Positions 11,546-24,435 of a DNA stretch of 34,626 nucleotides are shown here, one piece after another. This DNA comes from Tubiluchus corallicola (taxonomy: Eukaryota > Animalia > Priapulida): NCBI GenBank assembly GCA_030141605.1, contig JAQGDQ010001562.1:1-34626 (forward strand), written 5' to 3'. Both the position numbers and the translations under genes were made by a program. Below the pieces are notes generated by a model. That model ran no database searches. It saw only the letters and a program-made list of their open reading frames with translations, and was not told where the DNA came from. The first letter of the stretch is position 1. Each line of letters begins with the position of its first letter.

Positions 11546-12082
11546 ATGGCATCTAGCGACAGTTTGGAAAGTTACAAATCGGCAAAGAGTGTCGCTCCTA
11601 AACGCAAGCTTCCTGTGGCGATTTCTGAATCAGACCACGGCGCCGACGGTGACGACGAAGCTGACGATGACGATGACAAGCTGACCTCCCGCCGAGACAG
11701 TGAGAACACCAACTACACTAAAGCTGATAGCGAATGTACCCACCATAAGACGACCTCCGAATGTGGGCTTCGAAAGTCGTGTGCTGTTATGAAGCTGCCA
11801 ACGCAAGAGGGCGTCGACGAAGCAGAAACGCCACCAACATCCAACTTGCAACCGGATTTCCGGTCACTTGTGCTTACCGATTCGTTAGGCAGTGCAGCTG
11901 CAGACTGCGACGACTCACCAGAAACTGAAGACGATGCTAAGACAATTCGTGTGAAATACGTGGCGAAAGACAAACTGCCAGCACACGAAGAGAAGAAAAC
12001 GGCCACACCGGAAATGACGTCATCAACACCTCCCGAAGACGGTAAAAGGCGAAGCCCTCCGCCCACTCCACCTACACCTTAA
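11546..12082 (+). CDS. Hypothetical 178-aa acidic, Ser/Thr/Pro-rich, probably disordered protein (or coding exon)
   Basis: 537-nt non-repetitive ORF, visibly GC-richer than its flanks. In-frame TAA directly precedes the ATG. NLS-like PKRK; no domain recognised. Confidence 0.5.
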   Translation: MASSDSLESYKSAKSVAPKRKLPVAISESDHGADGDDEADDDDDKLTSRRDSENTNYTKADSECTHHKTTSECGLRKSCAVMKLPTQEGVDEAETPPTSNLQPDFRSLVLTDSLGSAAADCDDSPETEDDAKTIRVKYVAKDKLPAHEEKKTATPEMTSSTPPEDGKRRSPPPTPPTP

Positions 12083-12126
12083 CAACGAGAAAAAGCGACA
12101 GCCCTGCAGAGTGTGTTGAAAAAGAC

Positions 12127-12180
12127 CATGCTGTTTTGCACATGCTGTTTTGCACATGCTGTTTTGCACATGCTGTTTTG
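12127..12180. repeat. 14-bp tandem repeat CATGCTGTTTTGCA x~4
   Basis: Direct reading. Confidence 0.9.
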
Positions 12181-12237
12181 TAAACATGTTTACGTGTTTG
12201 TGCACTGCTGTGGACGCACATATGTTTTTTACAATGT

Positions 12238-12407
12238 TGTGGAGATCCACTAGAATTAAATAGAATATTGTAGAATGTTCTATACCATAGCTGAACAATA
12301 TTCTTACCTTGTAGAACTTTCGAGAACTTTCTACAAGGTAAGAACCATCTTCTACTGTACTATAGAACATTCTACAATATTCTATTTAATTCTAGTGGAT
12401 CTCCACA
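12238..12407. mobile_element. 170-bp palindromic MITE-like/foldback element
   Basis: Perfect 47-bp inverted arms (12238-12284 / 12361-12407) plus a perfect inner 16-bp pair (12301-12316 / 12329-12344). Confidence 0.8.
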
Positions 12408-12436
12408 CCATACAACAATCGGATACGTGTAATATT

Positions 12437-12640
12437 CATAGGCGTACGAGGTAGGGGGGGGGGCGGATGCCCTCCCAGAGCAAATAAATTTGAATAAACT
12501 TTAATTTACGATAGACTACTCTACTTTCAGCTGTATTGATGTACATATGACTGGGCCAGAAGTAATTTAGATAAATAACAATTACATGTACTTATTGCCA
12601 ACGTTTTTGAGAGAGTTAGGCACCTCAAACTTTTCTATAA
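12437..12640 (+). mobile_element. Interspersed repeat copy with hAT-like left end
   Basis: Begins CATAGGCGTA followed by a G-run/GCCC subterminal. 12496-12638 is homologous to 15380-15515. Superfamily assignment is tentative. Confidence 0.5.
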
Positions 12641-12823
12641 ACTTGAAACACGACTTCAAGTCATACAACTGAAGTATATTAAGTACATATGTAAATATAG
12701 ACAATTTACAGAAGTGGATAAAATGGTACAAAAAGAGTAAAACTAGTAAGTAAATTTTTCTTGGACTCCTATTATTTTGATATACATTAACAACGATATC
12801 AGTTTGTTTGTGCATGTATGAAT

Positions 12824-12962
12824 GTCAGTGAGTCGGTCAGTCAGTCAGTCAGTCAGTCAGTCAGTCAGTCAGTCAGTCAGTCAGTCAGTCAGTCAGTCAG
12901 TCAGTCAGTCAGTCAGTCAGTCAGTCAGTCAGTCAGTCAGTCAGTCAGTCAGTCAGTCAGTC
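12824..12962. repeat. (CAGT)n microsatellite
   Basis: Direct reading. Confidence 0.98.
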
Positions 12963-14041
12963 TATAACAAACTACGACAATGACATCTAATTACAGAAGA
13001 AGAGTTTACATCACTGTTTAAAATGTTCTTGCATATAAAATTTTCACTCTTATTCAGCCTGACGTGTAAACTGTATGCACATTTTATGTGAATCACATCA
13101 AAATAAATAATATTAAGTCTAGTAGAAATATATCTACTGACTAACTGTGTAGTCTACTGACTGTATGACCAACCTACAATGTTTTCGCTTACGACAGCCA
13201 CGTTAAGCGATTTTACACATAACCGGGGCAGATCATATAAAGAATTTGTTGCAATAAAATAAGTTTCTCGTTTCAAGAGTATTTTTATTGAAAACATTTC
13301 GATATCTTGAACGTGTGCTGGTGTATTTACATGTGTAATGGAGTGCAGACGATTGTGGCGCGCTTTCCTATTGTAAGTGACGAAATGATAGCACAAACTT
13401 TGCTATAATTGCAAGGCATCTGTCAAAATCTGTCATGGTGTTAGGTTTGATGTAAAGTTTTGAAATAATGCATATGTGGGTCAGAAAAGTTAAAAAATCT
13501 AAGCACTAAACTAGCTCACGTCAACAGAATTTGTTGGGCTAAGAAAATCCACGTCTCTACGCACAAATCTCTGTATTCAGGATGCATTTCGATGCTACTG
13601 CGTGCGTGCACAGAGCTGCTTCTTTGTGGATTTGCTGCTAGCATTGCCTGTTCTTTCTAATAGTAACGTCGTACAATTTTAAAGACAGTTCGGTCGCTGA
13701 CTTGTGTCTTTTCAGCTAGTGAAGGAATAAATTGACAATTATTCAAATTTTTAGACCAAGCATGGCCTAAAGAAACGAAGGCAGCATTGTATAGAAATTG
13801 ATTTCTTCAAAACAGAAATTTATTGACGATCGGTTTCGAACAATAACTGCTCGTTTTCGTGGCACAGAAAAGCAAATAAATTATACCAGAATGTAGAAAT
13901 TATTTAGAAGTATCTGTACGTACTGGTCAAATTTCTTTGCTTTCTAGATACCTTGAAAATGAACAGTAATTATGTCAAATTTGTCGGCAATGGAATTCTA
14001 TGTTGAAGAAGCTGTACTTGTTTGCCAAATATGAATAATAA

Positions 14042-14163
14042 ATTGATTGATTGATTGATTATTTGTATGGTTAATTGATTGATTGATTGATTGATTGACT
14101 GACTGACTGACTGACTGACTGACTGACTGACTGACTGACTGACTGACTGACTGACTGACTGAC

Positions 14164-14198
<35 letters not shown>

Positions 14199-14410
14199 CT
14201 GACTGACTGACTGACTGACTGACTGACTGACTGACTGACTGACTGACTGACTGACTGACTGACTGACTGACTGACTGACTGACTGACTGACTGACTGATT
14301 GACTCACTCACTCACTCACTCACTCACTCACTCACTCACTCACTCACTCACTCACCCACTCGCTCACTCACTCACTCACTCACTCACTGACCGACCGATT
14401 GACTGACAGA
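14042..14410. repeat. Compound (ATTG)n/(ACTG)n/(ACTC)n microsatellite
   Basis: Direct reading. Confidence 0.98.
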
Positions 14411-15379
14411 CGTACGGACGGATGATTAGTAGAGCTATTCTACTACTTGACTGATTGATACACGAGTACTTTACACAATACAGTTACTTAAACAATAGGA
14501 ACGTATGTAACTGTGCCTATAGTAAAACGAACCTACTACGTACACATACAGGGCTAGTGCATGAATGAAGTATATTATAATTTTTCTACAACAAATCAGA
14601 AATTACCCCCATTCATGAACGCTGACCTCAACAACACGCCAAATGTCAAATACTATCACGCACGAGTTTTAAATTCTATTTAAAAGAGAAATGTATATTC
14701 AAGGTGACATTGCGAAGTTTTTTACCTTTTAATAATAGCGTTTTTAGAATTTTTTGAAATGGAAATTATAAAGATTAAATCGAGTTTTCGAGCGCGTGCA
14801 TTGTAGAGGCGGGGGACAGTAAGTGTGGGTGAAATGTAGGCGTTGTTTGAAGCTAATGCAATTACACAATTACATCTGTATACTACGGCCTTTTCACAAT
14901 CGAAATTCACAGAAATTCACGTCCAGGGTTGAGTTCTGCGCATGCGTGAAGTCGTCAAACTACTTGAAACTAGTTTATTCAAATACTTGAGATATTGTCA
15001 AATAAGACGCGTGGCAACCCATCTAATTAGCAGTCAGCTATGCATGTAGAGTAGAAAATGCAAATAAAACTACAAAAAAAGAAAAATTATTGCTGTTAGA
15101 GTACATTTGAAACGACTCTGGCAACAGAGACACGCTTTGTCTGTTTTATGTTATGAATAACTACCACTACTCATGCAAAATTCTCATCAAGCGTGTCTGC
15201 TGAGCATGCTTAGTAAAGTAGTTTAAAATTCAATACTTGTCGCAGTTTACCAGATCAATCGCAAAACGTCGTGAAACCTAAAATTGTTCCTCCAAAATTT
15301 TTATCTAAGAACTGAGAAGCAAAGTTAGTCCAGTGTGCACTCTACGAGTAGCGAAGATGTGACTAAGACTAAGAGAGAC

Positions 15380-15515
15380 TAAACTTTAATTTACGATAGA
15401 CTACTCTACTTTCAGCTGCACTGGCAGAAGTAATTTCGATGAATAACTATTAGATACACATATTATTATTATTATTAATGTTTTTGACAGAGTTAGGCAC
15501 CTCAAACTTTTCTAT
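15380..15515 (+). repeat. Second copy of the 12496-12638 interspersed repeat
   Basis: Shares TAAACTTTAATTTACGATAGACTACTCTACTTTCAGCTG and AGAGTTAGGCACCTCAAACTTTTCTATA. Confidence 0.85.
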
Positions 15516-15574
15516 AGAGAGGGAAGAGACAATTGTTTAATGCTTACTGCACTACTTTTTATTGTATGTCCACT

Positions 15575-15899
15575 CGTGCGTGCGTGTGTGTGTGTATGTG
15601 CGTGTGCGTGCGTGTGTGTGTGTTTTGTGCCTGTTTATATGTGCGTGTGCGTGCGTGCGTGTGTTTGTGTGGTGTGTATATATGCGTGTGCGTGCGTGTG
15701 TGCGTGCATGCGTATGTGTGTTTGTGCGTGTGTTTGTGTGTGTATACGTGCGTGCGCGTGCGTGCGTGTGTGTGTTTGTGCGTGTGTTTGTGTGTGTTTA
15801 TATGTGCGTGTGCGTGTGTTTGTGTGGTGTGTATATATGCGTGTGCGTGCATGTGTGTGTGTGTGCGCGCGTGCGCGTACGTGCGTGTAATATATATAT
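15575..15899. repeat. Imperfect (GT/GC)n microsatellite
   Basis: Alternating purine-pyrimidine tract. Confidence 0.95.
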
Positions 15900-16632
15900 C
15901 GTAATTTTATACAATAGTTTGAATGTTATTTTTTAATTTTTGAAATCTTTATATGATTGCTATGTACTTTAAATGTATGAAATAAATTTAAAATAAAATA
16001 AAATAATTATTCCATGATACAGCATGATAGCAATTTTAATTGTGTAATATTTAGAGATTTGCGATGATGGTTTAAGATGCATCCTTGTGTATTGTAACGC
16101 AGACAGATAAAATAATGAAGCTAGAAAACGCATTTATGATAATACATCAACTTTGCTTGCGTTTAACCCACTCACCACGGCACTGAACGATGTTTATTGG
16201 CACAACTCGGTCACAACCTTCCCTGCACCATCGCGCGCCACCGACACACGGCAGAGACAACTGCAAATATTGAAAAACCGTCCAGACACACGGCCCGGTG
16301 TTTTTACACGTTATCAAACAGCGCAAACCAGTTCTGACACTCGCCAGAGGTTCATTAGTAAATATTAAGTAAAAAAGAAATCTCTCCGCGAATGGGAGGG
16401 TAAAGAGAAGGTTGGACATCCCGCGCGTGTACCATGCAAACACCTGTGTAGTTTGGTAGAGCAGGTATACAGGTATAATGACGCAGCGAGTACACTAACC
16501 AATGGTCATTATCTATTTTATTAGTCCCTTGTTTCAATATCACCGCCGATTGCCCTTCCGACAGGAATCACTTGACTAACGGAGGCGGCAACTTCTTTAC
16601 GCAACGCCGCGGTAACGTTTTTGCCGCTACAG

Positions 16633-17233
16633 TTCAGGGAAGACAGGATGATTTTTCATTACACAACCCCATTTTCAAGTATAGTAAAAAGTATACATTT
16701 TAACAATATTTATACTGCAAAAGCGTTTCTGATAATTAAATAATAGATTAAAAACGTAATTAACGGCAGGCGAGCCCAACTATTGATGACATCACAAACT
16801 AACATAATTTTCAACAGCAAAAATATTCCACGAGCGTGTTGCACGTGTTTGCGAAAGCGAAAATTGAAGTACAGTGCTACTGTAAGATATTCAGTGTGTT
16901 GTACTAAAACAAGGCAAGTGTTAAGATAAAAATTCAAATTTCAAATTTACCGCTGTGCTGTCGAACCTATGCAATTCGTCACAAAGTAACACATCTGAAC
17001 TGAGAGGTACAGCACCTGTTTTTTGCGCAATGGTTTTCCGAAATGCACGCACTAGTGCCCGTCTAACTAGCGAATGGCGAAATACATGTAACAGCGAACG
17101 TGAAATTGTACTTGTGTGGTAATAGTTCTTTCTCGTAAGCCGTTTTTTGAAAAAATAGTATGTTTCCTTTCATTATTTTAAAGAGTAGATTGTTTTGACC
17201 TACAGTTTTAGATCGGGTTCGATTTTGCTTTAA
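16633..17233 (+). mobile_element. Non-autonomous DNA transposon family A (Kolobok-like), copy 1
   Basis: Colinear over ~600 bp with 32512-33143; ends TTTTGCTTTAA. Confidence 0.75.
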
Positions 17234-17740
17234 GGTTAGTTTAGTTTAAACATAATTTATTTAGGATTGGATCAAACAGTTTGAACAACATGATTTAGGA
17301 TCCTCACCACAACAGACTTTATACACTATTTACAAAAACATTCACAGTAAGAATAGACTATAACTACACAAGCTGACAAGTTTTACTACAAGATTACATT
17401 AGACATTAGTAGAAAATGACGGTTAGAAAATATTAATGTACGAATATTTAAGACTGGTGCATTTTATATCAGATAGAAACTACTGGAAGCGTTTAGTACG
17501 TAATATAAAGTCATGTATACATTGGAATATTTTACAGTTAGCAACATAGTTAAATTCATCTTTACCGAATAATAACAACTTCAACAGATCATTATTTCCT
17601 AAGACAGCTATATTAAGGTTTTCGGGCAGAAGTATTGCATTTAATTTATCAAACATAACAACCCTAGTTTGTTGATACAATGGGCAGTGCAACAAAAAGT
17701 GTTCAACAGACTCAAATCGAAATCCTCAGTTACATTGCTT
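17234..17740 (-). mobile_element. CR1-group LINE 3' fragment
   Basis: Minus translation CN*GFRFESVEHFLLHCPLY..LLLFG..N..IF..I.DFI..TKRF is the CCHC-type ORF2 C-terminus, with an in-frame stop. Followed by a 3' UTR, AATAAA and a short (ACTAA)n tail. Confidence 0.85.
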
Positions 17741-18136
17741 TAAGGTTTTGTTGCTACCGTCAAGGCTGTCTTCTTGTTCCAATTACACGGGTTGGCTTAA
17801 CAGTTTCACAACACTAAACAGCGTATCACAATCGTCGATTTGTAAATAATTGCTCTTTTGGTACTGGTAAAACTCCAGCAGCTAAAGACAAGATTTAAAG
17901 GCAAAGACAAGGTTTATTTACAGTCGTTTATTTAACAGACAACATTGGCACTAACGGCTATTTAGTCGCTACACTTACAACAATACAGGTAAAGACGCAA
18001 CACGCAAATTGTCGCGGGTTGTTGCAAGTGTCAAACATCAAACACTTGCCGAAGCCACATTCATAGGTAGTTTTGACCTTGTAAAGGTAACATGGCATAT
18101 GATATGTGATGCTCTACTTGTACCTAACCTGACTAG

Positions 18137-18456
18137 GCTGTTACTGTTATTGCTTCTGCTGCTACTACTGCTGTTGTTTTTATTGGTCTTGTTGTTGTTG
18201 TTGTTGTTGTTGTCGTCGTCGTCGTCATTGTTGTTGTTGTTGTCGTTGTCGTTGCTGTTGTTGTTGTTGTTGTTACTACTACTACTACTGCTGCTGTTAC
18301 TATTACTGCTGTTGCTACTACTACTGCTGCAGTTGCTACTACTACTGCTGCTGTTGCTACTACTGCTGCTGCTGCTGTTATTGTTGCTGCTGCTGCTGCT
18401 ACTACTGCTGCTGTTGCTACTACTACTGCTGCTGTTATTGTTGCTGCTGCTGTTAT

Positions 18457-18487
<31 letters not shown>

Positions 18488-18812
18488 ACTACTACTACTG
18501 TTGTTGTTTTTATTGTTGTTGTTGTTGCTACTACTACTGCTGCTGCTGTTACTATTACTACTGTTGCAACTACTACTGCTGCTGTTGTTGCTACTACTGC
18601 TGCTGTTATTGTTGCTGCTGCTGCTGTTATTGTTGTTGCTGCTGCTGCTGCTACTGCTGCTACTACTGCTGCTGTTATTGTTGTTGTTGTTGCTGCTACT
18701 GCTGCTACTACTGTTGCTTCTGTTGCTGCTACTGTTGCTGCTACTGCTGCTGCTGCTGCTGTTGCTGCTGCTGATGTTACTATCACTGTAGCTGCTACTA
18801 CTGCTGCTTCTG
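18137..18812. repeat. Compound (CTG/TTG/CTA)n trinucleotide repeat
   Basis: Direct reading; accounts for the poly-Leu and poly-Ala/Thr ORFs. Confidence 0.97.
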
Positions 18813-19598
18813 TTAATGGCAAGGCTACTAATACTTATGCTCTTGATGCTATTTCGCTATCATCTCTACCCTGCAGTTACCACAATTCTTCGAACCTCAG
18901 AAACGGCTATTAGGCGCTAATAGATAGATTAATTAACCGTAAGAGGCTCGAGCTTAACTGTAAAAGAACGAAAAGCTGAAGAAAAATGAGAAAACGATTC
19001 CAACTTAAATGAGTTGGGAGGTTTTGTAGCATTCTCACCTCCGGGTAAGAGAAGACTTGCATAAGCATGCCGGAATTTGATGGCCATTTCTTTTCGGATC
19101 GGAACAACCCAAAGCTCTCTATGCTCGGACAGTGACGATGATTTATTGCACACAAACGACAGGCTAATGTCAGGCTAGTCTATAAGTAATAGTGTGAAAT
19201 ATTAGCTAGGTCGCATCAACTCACACCTCTGAAGACCGCTTTATTTTATGGTTTAAGTCTTTTCTTACTGGCGGCGATGTCTAGATGAGACTTTTTTACG
19301 CGCCGCCAAATGATGGCGCTTCCAAAAGTTCCTTGTCACGTGACGTGCTGACAAAAATGATCGAATACTTGACAGATCCATCGAGAATTTTGATACGAAG
19401 TCGATTTTTAGGCGCTTAAAGGTATAGCTGGGACTTATTAATAAAATAAAGTTCATCTATGTACCTTGATAAGCCTTCTCTTAATGTACAAAGCAGTTCA
19501 ATTCCTTCAACTTTATCTTCAAACACAGAACTATTTGTAACAGGTCTGCTTAATCATTACCTATTTGGTTTTTGCAAATACATAATTAGTTGCTTAAG

Positions 19599-20379
19599 TG
19601 ATTTTAGACCCGCCCCTCGTCTCACCTTGGCACGTGTTGTGATCCTGATTTTAGACCCGCCCCTCGTCTCACCTGGGCACGAGTTGTGATCCTGATTTTA
19701 GACACGCCCCTGGTCTCACCTTGCCACGCGTCGCACCCACCGTACCACTGTTATGTCGTGATGTGATCCTGATTTTAGACCCGCCCCTCGTCTCACCTGG
19801 GCACGAGTTGTGATCCTGATTTTAGACACGCCCCTCGTCTCACCTTGCCACGCGTCGCACCCAACGTACCACTGTTATGTCCTGATGTGATCCTGATTTT
19901 AGACCCGCCCCTCGTCTCACCTGGGCACGAGTTGTGATCCTGATTTTAGACCCGCCCCTCGTCTCACCTTGCCACGCGTCGCACCCACCGTACCACTGTT
20001 ATGTCGTGTTGTGATCCTGATTTTAGACCCGCCCCTCGTCTCACCTTGCCACGCGTCGCACCCACCGTACCTCTGTTATGTCGTGTTGTGATCCTGATTT
20101 TAGACCCGCCTCTCGTCTCACCTGCGCACGTGTTGTGATCCTGATTTTAGACCCGCCCCTCGTCTCACCTGGGCACGAGTTGTGATCCTGATTTTAGACA
20201 CGCCCCTCGTCTCACCTTGCCACGCGTCGCACCCACCGTACCACTGTTATGTCGTGATGTGATCCTGATTTTAGACCCGCCCCTCGTCTCACCTGGGCAC
20301 GAGTTGTGATCCTGATTTTAGACACGCCCCTCGTCTCACCTTGCCACGCGTCGCACCCACCGTACCACTGTTATGTCGT
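19599..20379. repeat. GC-rich minisatellite of interleaved 47-bp and 77-bp units
   Basis: 36-bp core GTGATCCTGATTTTAGACCCGCCCCTCGTCTCACCT starts at 19639, 19686, 19763, 19810, 19887, 19934, 20011, 20088, 20135, 20182, 20259, 20306, plus a partial unit at 19599. Confidence 0.97.
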
Positions 20380-21380
20380 CTTGTTAGAAAAACACGAAAA
20401 AGCAGCAACTCGAAAATCCCGCAGCTCAGTAAACAAATACGGGTAGATAATCTTTCAATACTTTACTTAGACCAGGTGAGACGAATGCCGCTTATAATGC
20501 GAATGGATTATCTTATCTTTAAATCCCCGAGCGTTAGTGTGAGCTTGAGGCCAAAGCAATAAAGTTTACTTGAATAAAACTAAGCCGCAAATACGGCAAT
20601 AACGTTTAAAAAATGGCTTTCGAATGGATTTAAATCCAGTCGATTCTTTGGTCGGTATTATACCGACGGCTTAGAAAATATCGAAATTATTATCAGCAGA
20701 TCTCGCGCCGAATAATCGTTATTTCGGGTAAAAAAACACGGATTGAAAAGATTTATTTGCTTTTCAACATTTAGTGTCTCAACAAAGTTGGCGGCACCTG
20801 CTAACACGGCTTAGGAATGCACTTGCCTTGAAGAAGACATTTATCACTCGAAATTTGGTGTGCGCGTCTTAAAAATTATGTTCTAAACACTTGTCAATTC
20901 TGTCAAATTAGCAACATTGGTGGATATTTAAGTAACGAGGATATAGTGCAAAATAATGCAGCGTTTGAGTTTAGGCAAATAAGCTTGCATAATTATCCTT
21001 GTGTTTATTTAGCGTTGCCGCTTTGTGGAATAAGATTTTTTTGTTTTGTATGGCTGCGGGGCTTTGCTGGCATTTTTATTTATGACATTTAGAATAATTT
21101 AGACGGCGGTAGCATAACATCTTGAAGGTATTTGAATTAGTAATGTAAGATACACAACTGTTGAATTTTTATCATATGTTTTTAATAACTATTGTGCCAT
21201 TATCATAATTTATTTTGCATGTAATTTATTATTATAATTTACTGAAGTTGCTTCGAAATACAATTTAAGTACAACCTCGTAGTGCTAAATTAATGTAATG
21301 TAATGCATGTAGTACATGTAAGAATTTTTAAGACCTATCAAAGTAGACCGAGAAAGAAAAGAAATGTAAAAAAAACGAAA

Positions 21381-21446
21381 CGGATACTGGATTTGAACCA
21401 TGAACTGTTAGATTACAAGTCCAACCCCATGATCGCTAGATTTTAC
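21381..21446 (-). mobile_element. Degenerate tRNA-derived sequence (SINE head or tRNA pseudogene)
   Basis: Minus strand TCTAGCGATC..GGACTTGTAATC..GGTTCAAATCC (B-box, 21399-21389); stems are degraded. Confidence 0.5.
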
Positions 21447-21559
21447 AAACATCTGCTTAATACTGTTTTACAAAAATTCTATTGTTCTGGTTTATTTCAC
21501 TATAATTTTTAAATTAAGTTTATCAATAATTAACAAATAGTAATTAACTTATGACCTGG

Positions 21560-22327
<768 letters not shown>

Positions 22328-22813
22328 TTAGGAATATAATGCGAAATTATTTGGCATAATTGTTTATTTTTTTGAAACGTTTTCACACTTTGGATGACCA
22401 CATATATTACACAGTTAATGATTTGGAAAAACACTGTGACTCAGCCACCCTGGTCTCACCTTCGCGAAGGGGAATTTGAGTGAATTTCTCAAACATTACG
22501 TCACTTAATACAACAACACAAAGAGTTGAAATATTAACCGGACTGGCCCACTTTAAATTTATTTACAATTTTCTCTCATTTAGCACTTTGATGGGCGTCA
22601 TTTGTCTGCCCGTTTCTATGCTGCTTTTTCAAAGCTTCTGCACGCCTCCCGAAATATTTTTACCAAAGAGTTAAACGTGTACAAAAGCAATTAAATCTTG
22701 CATTACGTCCTTCAATTCACAATTTATAATAATGAAATTTTAATATTTTTTGAAATATTATTTTTATGCGTTCACAGAATTTGTAAGAACTATAGGCAAG
22801 TTTATAAAGAAAA

Positions 22814-23050
22814 TTAAAGGAAAACACAACGATTTTTCATGTCCTACCCACGAGTAAACTAGATAAAAAGTGCAACATTTTAACACGTATAATAAAGCGG
22901 TTCTGATAATTAAATAATAGGTTAAAAAGTTAATTAACGGCCTGTGAATTCAGTTAGTGATGACGTCACAAATGAAGGTAATTTTATGAACTGAACAAAT
23001 ATTTTATTACCGTGTTGCGCTTGATTGAGAAAGCGAAAATTGAAATACAC
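22814..23050 (+). mobile_element. Family A transposon, diverged 5' fragment (copy 3)
   Basis: Starts TTAAAGGAAAAC. Shares TTCTGATAATTAAATAATAG, TAATTAACGGC and GAAAGCGAAAATTGAA with copy 1. Confidence 0.7.
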
Positions 23051-23682
23051 TGTACTGTACTGTACTGTACTGTACTGTACTGTACTGTACTGTACTGTAC
23101 TGTACTGTACTGTACTGTACTGTACTGTACTGTACTGTACTGTGTTGTATTACATTACATTACAATGCATTATTATGTTATGTTGTGTTGTGTTATGTTA
23201 TGTTACGTTACGTTATGTTACGTTACATTACATTGCATTGCATTGCATTGCATTGCATTGCATTGCATTGCATTACATTACATTACATTACATTACATTA
23301 CATTACATTACATTACATTACATTACAATGCATTATTATGTTATGTTGTGTTGTGTTATGTTATGTTACGTTACGTTACGTTACGTTACGTTACATTACA
23401 TTATATTACATTATATTACATTACATTACATTACATTACATTACATTACATTACATTATATTATATTATATTATATTACATTACATTACATTACATTACA
23501 TTACATTACATTACATTACATTACATTACATTACATTATATTATATTATATTATATTATATTACATTACATTACATCATATTACATTACATTACATTACA
23601 TTATATTATATTATATTATATTATATTACATTACATTACATCATATTACATTACATTATATTATATTATATTATATTATATT
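23050..23682. repeat. Compound pentanucleotide microsatellite (TGTAC/TGTTA/CATTG/CATTA/TATTA)
   Basis: Direct reading; an internal ~60-bp block is duplicated at ~23158 and ~23321. Confidence 0.98.
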
Positions 23683-24218
23683 AATACAACTACATCAAGG
23701 GGGCGTAATTAAGATTACGTCAAGCTAACCCAACTCAGTACACGCGCAATACTTGTAGAAAAAAGGTCACTATTTCGTATTTGACATTGAAGATTGGTGT
23801 GGTTGACCTAGGTCACTGTGTGTCCGAATAGCTAGTAAATCGGGCGACTATGACACGTCTGAACTTGTCTTTGAAATTAAAAATCTAAAGTCAGCTACAT
23901 TATTGCATTGCATCGCTTTCCAGAAATGGGCGGGGGTTGCCAACAAAGATCTTTCTTGTTTTTAATACCCCCTGCTTTAAAATTTTTAGCAATATTATAT
24001 CCAGATACGTTATATATAACGTAATATATAATGCATACATATACTAATTACATAATAAGTTTACTGTTATACAATAGCAGCAAAAATGAAAGCAAAGTTG
24101 ATAAGATTAAAGTTGAAAGTGTGTCACACACTAAATATTAAGAAATCTGCGCATCCGAGCACGTCTATTTTTCCCCAGTGTTTCTTGATATTGTATTTGT
24201 ATTTACACTTGCAAATAA

Positions 24219-24435
<217 letters not shown>

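Noticed and set aside
17780-17915. Minus-strand splice-acceptor-like site (pyrimidine tract + TTAG near 17882)
   Set aside because: All three downstream frames close within ~35 codons and no partner exons were found.
19599-20379. CRISPR-like pattern (36-bp constant repeat with intervening segments)
   Set aside because: The intervening segments are only two recurring variants (11 and 41 bp), not unique spacers; no cas genes; eukaryotic context.
21381-21446. Functional tRNA genes here or at 1340-1425
   Set aside because: Box-like motifs are present but the stems do not pair; treated as derived remnants.
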